From assembly GCA_039811685.1 (NCBI GenBank), contig JBDHZC010000006.1:1-64000 (forward strand): a stretch of DNA of 64,000 bases. The letters are read 5' to 3'. Source of the stretch: Armatimonadota bacterium (GTDB lineage: Bacteria > Armatimonadota > UBA5829 > DSUL01). This document shows positions 19,019-28,204 of this stretch, in pieces. Positions within the stretch are counted from its first letter, which is position 1. The number at the start of each line of letters is the position of its first letter. The position numbers were made by a program, and so were the translations under genes. The notes below the pieces were generated by a model. That model searched no databases. It worked only from the letters and a program-made list of their open reading frames with translations, and was not told where the DNA came from.

Positions 19019-19762
19019 CTAAGGGGCCGGAGGCTCTGCTCCAGGAACAGGCCCTGCCCCCGCCACGGGAGGCGGTGGTGCGCCTGCGCCCGGAATCCCA
19101 CCCGGAGCGCCAGCCTCCCCTGCCTGAGTTGCGCCACCGGGGCCAGCGTACGCGGGAGGCGTGATCGGCTTGTTCAGAACAAGAGTCGCACTAAACGAAA
19201 ACCCCAGCCTCGTCCCCTGCAGGAAGCTGTTGCCCGCCTCATTACCTCCGCCGCCTTCACTGCCGGTACGATAGCCGGGAACACCAGTGAATGAAGAGAC
19301 ATTTTTGAACAGATTGGTCGCCCGGTACAGACCCAACAGGTATCGACCTGCGTCAACGATACTCGGCGCCCAACCCTGAATTGTGATGGAAGCTCCGTCC
19401 GAAGCTGGTGTCACCGAGAAATACTCAATGTTGCGATAGGTGTACTTCGTAAGCCCCTGCAGCACTGGCAGGTACTGCGTGTTGTACTTCATCACCGCGT
19501 TGATGTAGTCCACCTTCTGCTTGGTGGGCTCAATCTCCTGACGCACCTGCTGTGCCTGCTGCTCAAGCTGGGTGGCTTTATCCGCATTGGCCTGGTTCTG
19601 GGCAATCTCTTCGTTCGCCTGGTTGATCTTCCCTTGAACCTGCATCATGAGACCCAGCATCGCCACTACGATCACCAGCAGCAATACACCAAAAAGCGTC
19701 ATCAGCTTTCTGACCGCCTGACGCTCGAAATAGTAGCGGGGAATCAGGTTAATTGTGAGCAT
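19019..19762 (-). CDS. pilN: PilN-like pilus alignment protein
   Basis: N-terminal INLIP (INLLP PilM-binding motif), TM, coiled coil, ITIQGWA; follows pilM. Confidence 0.8.
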   Translation of the reverse strand: MLTINLIPRYYFERQAVRKLMTLFGVLLLVIVVAMLGLMMQVQGKINQANEEIAQNQANADKATQLEQQAQQVRQEIEPTKQKVDYINAVMKYNTQYLPVLQGLTKYTYRNIEYFSVTPASDGASITIQGWAPSIVDAGRYLLGLYRATNLFKNVSSFTGVPGYRTGSEGGGGNEAGNSFLQGTRLGFSFSATLVLNKPITPPAYAGPGGATQAGEAGAPGGIPGAGAPPPPVAGAGPVPGAEPPAP

Positions 19763-21366
19763 CAGCCCTCACCCACATAATCACGCAATGCCAGACCAAC
19801 ACTGGTGGAAAAAACCGGCGCAATTTCAGCAAGCGCTTCCGGCGTGGTGCGCTTTGCTTCCAGAGCCAGATTGCCAACAGGATCGCCAACCTGAACCGGC
19901 AACCCGAGAGCGCTTTCGAGATAGGCGGCCAACCCTGGAATCTTCGCCGCACCTCCACAAATAACGAGCACATCAGCCGGCTGCGGATTGCGCGCATTGT
20001 AGTAATCCAGGGAGCGGCTGATTTCCGTCGCAAGCTCAACGACGACGGGCGCAATAGCCTGAGCAATCTGCGACTGCGTAGAATCTGAGTGTGGTGAGGG
20101 CTCCAGGCTCGTTGGAGGAGGTGCAGCGGAGGCGTCCGCTTCAGAGGGCAGATCCGGAGTTGGCGAGCCGGCAAAAGCATCGTCCAGATCAAAGACCGGC
20201 CCGCTCGAGCGCATATCCGTGTCGCCCAGATCGAAGACATCTCCCGTTGGTTCTGAAGACGACGGGGAATCCGGATTATCCCCAAGGTCGAACGCGCCGC
20301 CAGATGATCCAGTTGACCCCGACGGCTCTTCGCCCAGATCAAATCCGCCTGCCGGAGCAAACGGGCTATCAGAAAGACCTGTGTCATCCTGGGCGGGCTG
20401 CTCTCCGAAGATAGGTGAGGCCTCAACAAACTCATCATCTCCAAGATCAAAGCCGCTCACCGGCGGAGCAGGACCCGACTCGGACGCACCTGAGTCGACT
20501 CTATGAGGGTCGGAGAAGGGGGTCGAATACGTCGGCCCGAGATCGTAGTGAGTTTCCGCCGGCTCCACTTCCGCTGCAGCCGCGCCTCCAGCCTGAGCAA
20601 CCAGGTCCATGTCCACCAACGCCTGCTCGCGCAAGAGACGCTCAGCCTCGCCCTCCTCTACCCCGAGCGCCTGTTCAACTGCCCTGATGAGGTTAATCGT
20701 AGCAATAGGGACAGTACGCGGGAAGACGAGCAGCTTCTGCTCGTAGATGCCGAACTTAGTACTCTCACTGCCAATATCCGCCACGGCCACTGTCCCGTGC
20801 GCTTCAATGTCCGGATGTCCGTTGATGAGTGAGCGTGGCACGGCCACTGGCTCAACTTCTATGGCAGCGGGAGTGAGTTTGGCACTGGTAAGTGTATCAA
20901 GATGCTTGCGAATGACGTCCTCCTGACAAACAGCCAGAAGAACCTCCATATTCTGAGCGCCCGGCACAGCGGATGGCCTCTCCAGAGTCTTGAAGTCCAT
21001 TACGATCTCGCTGGAGGGAAACGGAATGTGGCGCTCAACTTCCCATTTCATAGTCTCCGCAAGCTCCTGCGGAGTCATTTTGGGCACTTCGATTACGCGC
21101 ACGACGACGGCGGACTGTCCGGAAACGCTGCTTACAACTTTTTTTGCCGAGATGCCGCTGTTGGCAAAAAGACGCTTCACAGCTTCGGCGACAGCGGAAG
21201 GATCGAGGATGGCCTCTTCGACAATCGCGCCCTGGGGCGTTGGCTCGTAACCAATGCCGGTGACCACCGCGCCCCCTTTACCGGGACGCAGCTCCACCGC
21301 CTTTATCCAGCGCGATCCAATATCCAGGCCCACAACCGGGCCAGAGGCCTTTGTTTTCTTAGCCAA
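19762..21366 (-). CDS. pilM: Type IV pilus assembly protein PilM with a large acidic insertion
   Basis: VGLDIGSRWIKAVEL, EVERHIPF, ADIGS, EISRSLDYY, CGGAAKIPGL, SVGLALR; TTG start. Confidence 0.93.
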   Translation of the reverse strand: MAKKTKASGPVVGLDIGSRWIKAVELRPGKGGAVVTGIGYEPTPQGAIVEEAILDPSAVAEAVKRLFANSGISAKKVVSSVSGQSAVVVRVIEVPKMTPQELAETMKWEVERHIPFPSSEIVMDFKTLERPSAVPGAQNMEVLLAVCQEDVIRKHLDTLTSAKLTPAAIEVEPVAVPRSLINGHPDIEAHGTVAVADIGSESTKFGIYEQKLLVFPRTVPIATINLIRAVEQALGVEEGEAERLLREQALVDMDLVAQAGGAAAAEVEPAETHYDLGPTYSTPFSDPHRVDSGASESGPAPPVSGFDLGDDEFVEASPIFGEQPAQDDTGLSDSPFAPAGGFDLGEEPSGSTGSSGGAFDLGDNPDSPSSSEPTGDVFDLGDTDMRSSGPVFDLDDAFAGSPTPDLPSEADASAAPPPTSLEPSPHSDSTQSQIAQAIAPVVVELATEISRSLDYYNARNPQPADVLVICGGAAKIPGLAAYLESALGLPVQVGDPVGNLALEAKRTTPEALAEIAPVFSTSVGLALRDYVGEG

Positions 21367-21449
21367 TCCTCATCCCTGAATAGCGAAATCACTCTTTCGC
21401 AGCCTGCATATCGCAGGCAAAATGACCGGGCAGGCCGGTTCAGCAAGAG

Positions 21450-21478
21450 AGTGTAGCAGTACGGCTACCCCCTGTCAA
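21450..21478 (-). promoter_or_regulatory. Sigma70-type promoter for pilMNOP
   Basis: TTGACA-N17-TACACT on the minus strand, about 85 nt upstream of pilM. Confidence 0.7.
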
Positions 21479-21603
21479 CGAAACAGGCGGCTACCCGCAG
21501 GTGTATGCCAAACTCCGGAACGCAATCCTCACCTGAAACCAGACTCCACTTGCGCCCCGGTGCAGTCTTTTCCTGCCGCCCAGACACGGAATACAGAAGT
21601 TTA

Positions 21604-24600
21604 TTACGGCTTTGAGACGCGAGTCACACTTCTAAGCGGTGGACTGATCGTCTGGTAGAAGATATCCGAGCTTCCGGCTCTGGAGGACGTCCAGAACAGC
21701 CATATCAGCGACGGTTTGTAGCGTGGATCTTCGGGCGATCTGAGTCCGTCCGGATCGGCAAAGGCATAAATCTGCCCCTCATTCACCATCGTATCCACCG
21801 GAACGACCGTCCCTTGATCCGGCGCCTCAGATTGCTCTGGAATCCATGTCAAAGCTTTGAAGCGGGGACCACTGAACCCCTCCGGCTCCCGGTACACCTG
21901 TCCGTCACGTCCCTGATACTCCACCCAGATCGGACGATTCTCCGCGTCTTCCGTAAAGAGCAACCGGTTGTTGGCCCAGTCAAACTGGAACGGCCCATTG
22001 TAGATGCCGCTCGGGCCTTCATGCACCTGCAGCGAAACGGGCATGCCATCGGACTGCAGTGCTATTGAACGCTTGAGTTGCAGGCCCAGGCGCAGCGTCT
22101 TGTAGTAAAGAGTGTTCGCATGCACAGCGCCCGCACCCTCTCGCCAGAACAGCCACATTCGGTCAATAGCCATCGGCTGATCGTAATCAGGCGGCAGAAT
22201 GCTCGGGTCTCGCCGGTTCTTGGACTGCGTGAACTGCTGCGTCTTCTCGATGAAACTGTACGGCGAGGTGTCCGGCTGAGTCGTGGCTGTCAGACGCCAG
22301 GTCTGGGGCGTATAATCGACCAGAACCTTGTCCTTGCCGCTCAGTAACTTCTCAAACTTCACGGTCCCCGCAGAGGTATCTACGATAATCCGGCCAAACA
22401 GAGGGCCAAGAACCGGATCTTTTGTCGTATCGTAGAGAACAACGCCCACCTGTGAATCTAGCTGAGCGGGCGCCGAGTTGACCCACATCGGCGTGTACTT
22501 ACCGTTTGATGAGTTCCACTTCAGAACGTGAATAATCGGATACTGGTAGTCAGGGACGTCGTCAGACGCCGGCGGCGCCATACCATTGGTGGGACGCACC
22601 CAGGCCAGGTGCCGACTGTAGAACAGAGACACCGCGCTTGTATCCCGCTGCAGCTCTTCGTCGTAGACTCGCGACAGCCGCTGGATATCCAGCATTTTGT
22701 TGTTGTCGTTGGCGCTCGGGCGATATCGTGTCAACAGCAAATCCGGGTTGCCGGAAGTCCTGGTAATGCCGCTGTAAACTACGTCAATGTGTGCGGTGGG
22801 CGTATCTCCGGTGCTGAAGGCATAAGGTGGCATAATGCGCAACATCGGAACAGGCTCGGCCGCCGTAACGAGCGTACGGGGGATCACAAGCGCTTTGTCG
22901 TCACCCCAGGCCGACGGACTTCCAGCGTTGCGATTGAAGTTGTAGTACAGTTTGTAGCGCCCACCAACCCCGGCGTGCCAGAACACATAAAGCTGAGTTG
23001 TTCCATTGTCCTGAACTGGCACAATGCGCGGTGAAGCCTTGGGAGTCGTGGCATCCTGCGACGGTATGCTCTGGATATTCTGCATCTGGCCATTGCCACC
23101 GATTCGCGCATAGAAGATGCGATACTCTGTTGCGCGAACTCCGTTGTTCAGCTTGTCCGCCTGACCGGTAAACGTAACCCACGTTTCCCCGGTCGTCTGA
23201 TCCTGTCCGACGCTTGGGCTGGTGAACTTGACAGATGTGTCAATGACATTGCCGGGCAGCCCGTCTGCGAAAAGAGCAGCAGCTTGACCGGGGTCGGGGA
23301 TAGCATCCGCCGGGTCAGCCATCGTCCACCACTGGTTAGCCGGAGCGCTTCCACCGTATACATAGCTGCCAAGCGGCCCTGCGCTCGGATCAAACTTCAG
23401 CACAGACTGGTACAGGAACCAGGGCTGTGACGTGCTGGCGTTCGGGTTAGTCCCCTGGCGATTGCTGGTCCATATTACTCCCAGGTCTCCAGTCTGGACA
23501 GTACCGCCGGAACGCGACCACTGCCGGAAGGCCGTTGGCTGCGCATCGCCCCAGCGGGGCGCCCCTGAGGGGGGACTATCCACATTCGGCAGCGAACCCA
23601 CGGTGGGATCGTCTGTCATTTTCCCTTCGCGCGCCGTAATCTTGACCTGGAAGGACGGAGAGGCTACAGGTTCAGCCGGACGGCCCGTACGATCCAGATC
23701 CAAAATACCGTTGTTATTCAGATCAGAGAACACCGGCACGACCTGAGCGTACGTGCCTGACGGAGTGCCGATTGGCAGGGAAACACTCACCAGTGGGAGC
23801 GGCGGCAGATCGCTGCTACCCGTCATGTACTGCTGCTGCCGGCGGTCGGGGACGGTAAAGGTCGTGGGACCCAGGTCACCCACACGAGGCTTTGTGATGA
23901 CGTGACCGAGACCGTTGGGCAAGGCCCACGCCGGCGGCCCGCCAACCCCCAGCGGATCAAACGCGGGGTCAAGCGATGAAATCAGATTGCCTCCGGACAA
24001 ACCAAAGCCGACATCCGGAACACCATCACTGTTGAGATCGATGGCCTGAACCTGATCGCTGAACAGATAGATGCCTTTGGCAAGACGCACGTTTAGTTCG
24101 TTGACGTTGCCATCATTGCGGATCGTGAACGGTTTGAACAGATCCGTCGCTGGCACACCAGGTTGGAAATAAGCGCCGGAGAACGGAAGCATACCCTCCA
24201 ACGGGTTGAGGTTCACAGGACCAATCCCAAAGCCAATCGGACGCTTTCCAAGGTCTACAACAGTCTGCTCCGCGTACATGTTGAAGTCCGGCGCAACATC
24301 CATGATGTAGTTAAAATCACGGTAGGCTTCCGACCCATTCAGCGGCCGTCCATGCAGGCGCTGATCGGCCAGATCCAGAACGCCGTTGCGCGTTCCCCCT
24401 TCCGTAGCGTCAATCCAGACGTTGACACGGTCTCCGTAGGGAGAGCCCGGCCGGTTGGCAGGCTGATAGCGTGGCACGTCCACGGTGAGGAGCAGCGGAT
24501 CAGGCGTGGCCGTTCGGGTTTCGCCCGAGACAGTAGCCGGCGCGGCAGCGGGCAGCAGGTGAGCGTTTCCGCGCGTCGGATCGGCGCCCTCGATTTTCTT

Positions 24601-27600
24601 GACAATGTTGAACGCAGTGCTGGGAATATCAGGATAATCAGGGCTGATATTTACGGTATCAGCGGGTGGTATGATCTCCCACGGAAGAGGATTGATCGGC
24701 GCGCTGATCCAGCGCAACACTCCGCGGTCGGCCCGCAGCGTGTTGATAATTCCCGTTGGATTGTTCCGTCGCGTGATTCCTAATACGCTGCGGTCAGCAA
24801 GTGCCACAGTGACTGGAACTGTGTTGCCACCGTGTTTGGCCGGAGTCTTGTCCGCCGGCATGACAGTAGCCCGGTTCATGACGCCGTTGTAAGTGGTCCC
24901 TGCATCCGTGCGCGTCGGCTGGAAAGGCGCACCCGGCAAGCCCGTCCACGCTTCCTGGTGGGACAATCCGTCCACAGTGGTGCGCGGATCAAAGGCGATA
25001 GCCATCGGGTGATTGATGATGAACTTCTTCGGCTCAGCCTGGTTGCGCTTGCTGTCGAAGCTCGAGATAGTCGCGCTCTCTGGTACGGACGCCTGCACAA
25101 ATCCTATGTAGGGAACCGTGTTCTTGGTGGGAGTAAGGCTGCCCTTGATGACATAGGCGTCCCCGGGTGTCAGCAGCTTGGTCGGATCGAGCGTCCAGGC
25201 GAACTTCGCATAGTAGAACCGCCCGGTGTAGCTCTGGCCGTCAATGTTCAAAGTGATGTCGTGATCCGGCCAGGAGAGATTGGCTGACTGAGACGCCGTC
25301 AGCAGAGAGCCCGCCTGCTCCCCCTGCCCCTGGTTCTGCATCTGGAAGGTGACGTTGGCGCCCTGGTTCAGGAATGACCAGGCCAGAATGTAAAGAGTGT
25401 CCCCCCACTCCAGACGCCCGCTGTCCCACGGGCTGTTCGGCCGGCGGTTGACGCTGGTGGACTCCTTATCGAGTCCGAGACTGCTGAAGTAGGCTGCGGG
25501 GTCGTTATACTGCTGAGAAGAGACAATCTCAAGGTCGAAGAAAGGCGAGCCGCCTGTAAAGCGCTCGTGCTGATGCGCGCCCGGCGCGTCTCCGATGTAC
25601 GGGTTGCCAACCGGCCACGACCCCTCTCCGCTGCCTCCGCCGTTTTCTGTGAAAGCGTAAAGGCGGCCGTCATCGCCTCCGACATAAATCCAGTTGACCG
25701 CAACTCCTCTGGCTATGGCCGGTGAACTAAAGACGTTGCTGGCCAACGTACTCCAACCCCAGCGGCTCGGGTAGTTGGAGCGGTCTGAAGTAATCTTGTC
25801 CAGTGTAAGGCCCTGAAAGAGGCTGGTCTGTGTACCAAAGTATGCCACGCCCGGCTGGGCGCCGTTTGCGGGCGCAGCAGCCACCGACGAGTAGATTGGA
25901 CCGCCCATCTCGACCTTACCGATATCGCCGCTGCCATCCACAGGTATTTCGTGAATGTAGCCGTCAGCTGATCCGGCAATCAGATAATCCTTGGCAGGGT
26001 TTCCGGCCTTGACAAGCGACGGGCTCCCATATCGGAATGATCCGACGACGACGGGCAACGGCGGCGTGCCGGTAGTTGGAAAATCTTCTGGATAGACCCA
26101 CTCTACAGATCCGTCGTTCTTGGACGCTTTGAAAACATGCCCGCTGGAAGTCGCAAAGAAAACGCTGTCACTGGAGACCACGGGCGCGGCAGTGATGGAG
26201 CCGATGTCGGGCAATGGAGCAGCATTTGCGCCGGACTTTTGCAGCGTAAAAGTGTCCACTCGAGTTGGGAAGGTTGAGTTGATGCCGGTGAGCTTTCCGT
26301 AGTTGCCTGTCGTCGTTCCGTAAAACAGCGATGACCCGTCAATCGCCGGCACGTTTGTCATGCCACCGACACCGAGTTCGTCAAACTCACCTGTAGCCTG
26401 GCGCGTACGCGGCCAAATCCAGGCCGTATCCGTGGAGAACGGCGCTTTCCCGGAACCTTGAGTCTCGAGCGCAATAATCCGTCCGCTCGGGTTGGCCGAA
26501 ATAATGCGATTGCCTGCCAGGGTCGCTGAGCAGTACCCGAAGCCGTCCACATTTTCCGGAACAACTCGAATAGCGTCAGCCACAACGTGAAGGTCTCCAC
26601 CGCGGCACCCTGTTGGTCCGGCAGTGGTTTCATTCGTGAGCGTGACCGTCAAATCGCCGCCGTCCGCAAACTGAACAGCGCCCACGCGTACCCATCGCGG
26701 TCCGATTGAGAGCCCTGATCCTCCAGTAGCGCAACTGCCCTGATTGACCTGCACCTTTGTAGTCGTGCCGCCTGACTCAATGCTGTAGTGAGCGTCGGGA
26801 GCCCACTCCACTCCCGCAGGCTGTGAGGGAATCCAGGCATACACCTGGTAATAGTAAGGCTTGAGCTCTGAAAACCTGTACTGCACTTTTGCGCTGCCGC
26901 TGGCGCTGGCTGGAGCATGCAGATAGCCCTGACCAAAAAAGTCCCGGCCGACCGGCGTCTCAGGCGTAAACGCGCCACTCTTGGACGCCTGTGTATCGTC
27001 CTGAGTCTGCCCCGGGCCACTCCAGATAAGCCGCCCGGTCAGGGCGTTGAGCGCATAGATCTGGCCGTCATCCGCGCCCACATATACAGTGGGAGTGCCC
27101 GTGTCAACAACCAGAGGAGACGAGAAAATCGCGCCCGCTATGGGGCCTTCTGCAGGGTCTCGGCCTGCGTCGCGAGGATAAGACCACAGTGGCTCATCGA
27201 GCCTATCGGTAGCGCTGGTCGGCAGGCGCGGCCCGGAAATTGCGTCTACAGCGATGATTTTGGACCAGGATATATCCCCGGCATCAGGGTCAGACTGGCC
27301 GGCAACCGATCGATTATAAGGGTCGCTATACGTGACACCAAACACGACAGCTTTCGTAGCGCCGTCAGGGAGCCCGCTTGCCGCGTAAACTGCGGGCGAG
27401 CTGTAAATCCGGCCTCTGTCGCGCACAACGCGGATGGCATCCGCTTTTACAAAACGGCCCTTGTCCGTGTAGCGCAGCTCTCCACCGCCAGAGCCTCCGG
27501 GCGGAGTTGTGGGGTCCGGCGGCCCACCAATGGTCTCATTTGCATCCGACCAGGCACTGACACTCACAGTGCTGGAGCTGCTGAGCAGATACGATCCGGG

Positions 27601-28191
27601 CAACGGTAGCCACTGCCCGCCGTTCACCTGGCTGATGGTTACTTTGTGGCTGCCACCGCCCGCATCAATAATCGTGTAGGTAGCATGATCGGTGTTGGCG
27701 ACATCCACCGTTCCGTTGACAACATCTGTAGAAGAAGGCACAAAAACTTCCACAGAATAAGTTCCGGTAGCCAGACCTGTGAGAGTCCATGTCGCTACGA
27801 GAGCCTGAGCCGCCGTGCCGTTTTCGGGTGTCCATACTGGAGTGAGCCAGTAGTGCTGCTTGTAGGCGTTTGGCGCAGCCTGGGTACCAAGAGACGCAGA
27901 GTCAATCCAGCCGGGCGCGGCGAAAACGCCTGCATCTTCATCGTCATAAATCCCCGGAACAGCGTCTGTCACGGTACTGGAGTCTGGCTCCGGCCAGGGG
28001 AATGTCCAGGCCGGTGAGACCGAATCGCTCAGGCCAGGATTGTACGTCGCGGCTGTCGCGGCGGAGTTCTGAGGGTCTTTGTGGTGCTTCAGCCAGTCTC
28101 CGGTCTGTGAAGCCACTGGAAGAGCCGACGCCAAAGCGAGCGACAGCGTAACCGCAGCCGCGATCCCGCATCTGCTGATCTTTTCTTTCAC
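21604..28191 (-). CDS. Giant (~2195 aa) secreted PQQ/BamB-type beta-propeller protein, candidate PilY1-like adhesin
   Basis: Signal peptide (...LPVASQ); repeats SSP...VYVGADDGQIYALNA; two golvesin/CBM-like beta-sandwiches; Ca-type loops DLNSDG and DLNNNG; C-terminal WTSSRAGSSDIFY. GTG 28191 follows the upstream stop. Confidence 0.75.
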   Translation of the reverse strand: MKEKISRCGIAAAVTLSLALASALPVASQTGDWLKHHKDPQNSAATAATYNPGLSDSVSPAWTFPWPEPDSSTVTDAVPGIYDDEDAGVFAAPGWIDSASLGTQAAPNAYKQHYWLTPVWTPENGTAAQALVATWTLTGLATGTYSVEVFVPSSTDVVNGTVDVANTDHATYTIIDAGGGSHKVTISQVNGGQWLPLPGSYLLSSSSTVSVSAWSDANETIGGPPDPTTPPGGSGGGELRYTDKGRFVKADAIRVVRDRGRIYSSPAVYAASGLPDGATKAVVFGVTYSDPYNRSVAGQSDPDAGDISWSKIIAVDAISGPRLPTSATDRLDEPLWSYPRDAGRDPAEGPIAGAIFSSPLVVDTGTPTVYVGADDGQIYALNALTGRLIWSGPGQTQDDTQASKSGAFTPETPVGRDFFGQGYLHAPASASGSAKVQYRFSELKPYYYQVYAWIPSQPAGVEWAPDAHYSIESGGTTTKVQVNQGSCATGGSGLSIGPRWVRVGAVQFADGGDLTVTLTNETTAGPTGCRGGDLHVVADAIRVVPENVDGFGYCSATLAGNRIISANPSGRIIALETQGSGKAPFSTDTAWIWPRTRQATGEFDELGVGGMTNVPAIDGSSLFYGTTTGNYGKLTGINSTFPTRVDTFTLQKSGANAAPLPDIGSITAAPVVSSDSVFFATSSGHVFKASKNDGSVEWVYPEDFPTTGTPPLPVVVGSFRYGSPSLVKAGNPAKDYLIAGSADGYIHEIPVDGSGDIGKVEMGGPIYSSVAAAPANGAQPGVAYFGTQTSLFQGLTLDKITSDRSNYPSRWGWSTLASNVFSSPAIARGVAVNWIYVGGDDGRLYAFTENGGGSGEGSWPVGNPYIGDAPGAHQHERFTGGSPFFDLEIVSSQQYNDPAAYFSSLGLDKESTSVNRRPNSPWDSGRLEWGDTLYILAWSFLNQGANVTFQMQNQGQGEQAGSLLTASQSANLSWPDHDITLNIDGQSYTGRFYYAKFAWTLDPTKLLTPGDAYVIKGSLTPTKNTVPYIGFVQASVPESATISSFDSKRNQAEPKKFIINHPMAIAFDPRTTVDGLSHQEAWTGLPGAPFQPTRTDAGTTYNGVMNRATVMPADKTPAKHGGNTVPVTVALADRSVLGITRRNNPTGIINTLRADRGVLRWISAPINPLPWEIIPPADTVNISPDYPDIPSTAFNIVKKIEGADPTRGNAHLLPAAAPATVSGETRTATPDPLLLTVDVPRYQPANRPGSPYGDRVNVWIDATEGGTRNGVLDLADQRLHGRPLNGSEAYRDFNYIMDVAPDFNMYAEQTVVDLGKRPIGFGIGPVNLNPLEGMLPFSGAYFQPGVPATDLFKPFTIRNDGNVNELNVRLAKGIYLFSDQVQAIDLNSDGVPDVGFGLSGGNLISSLDPAFDPLGVGGPPAWALPNGLGHVITKPRVGDLGPTTFTVPDRRQQQYMTGSSDLPPLPLVSVSLPIGTPSGTYAQVVPVFSDLNNNGILDLDRTGRPAEPVASPSFQVKITAREGKMTDDPTVGSLPNVDSPPSGAPRWGDAQPTAFRQWSRSGGTVQTGDLGVIWTSNRQGTNPNASTSQPWFLYQSVLKFDPSAGPLGSYVYGGSAPANQWWTMADPADAIPDPGQAAALFADGLPGNVIDTSVKFTSPSVGQDQTTGETWVTFTGQADKLNNGVRATEYRIFYARIGGNGQMQNIQSIPSQDATTPKASPRIVPVQDNGTTQLYVFWHAGVGGRYKLYYNFNRNAGSPSAWGDDKALVIPRTLVTAAEPVPMLRIMPPYAFSTGDTPTAHIDVVYSGITRTSGNPDLLLTRYRPSANDNNKMLDIQRLSRVYDEELQRDTSAVSLFYSRHLAWVRPTNGMAPPASDDVPDYQYPIIHVLKWNSSNGKYTPMWVNSAPAQLDSQVGVVLYDTTKDPVLGPLFGRIIVDTSAGTVKFEKLLSGKDKVLVDYTPQTWRLTATTQPDTSPYSFIEKTQQFTQSKNRRDPSILPPDYDQPMAIDRMWLFWREGAGAVHANTLYYKTLRLGLQLKRSIALQSDGMPVSLQVHEGPSGIYNGPFQFDWANNRLLFTEDAENRPIWVEYQGRDGQVYREPEGFSGPRFKALTWIPEQSEAPDQGTVVPVDTMVNEGQIYAFADPDGLRSPEDPRYKPSLIWLFWTSSRAGSSDIFYQTISPPLRSVTRVSKP

Positions 28192-28204
28192 CGTCTTCGA
28201 TTTC

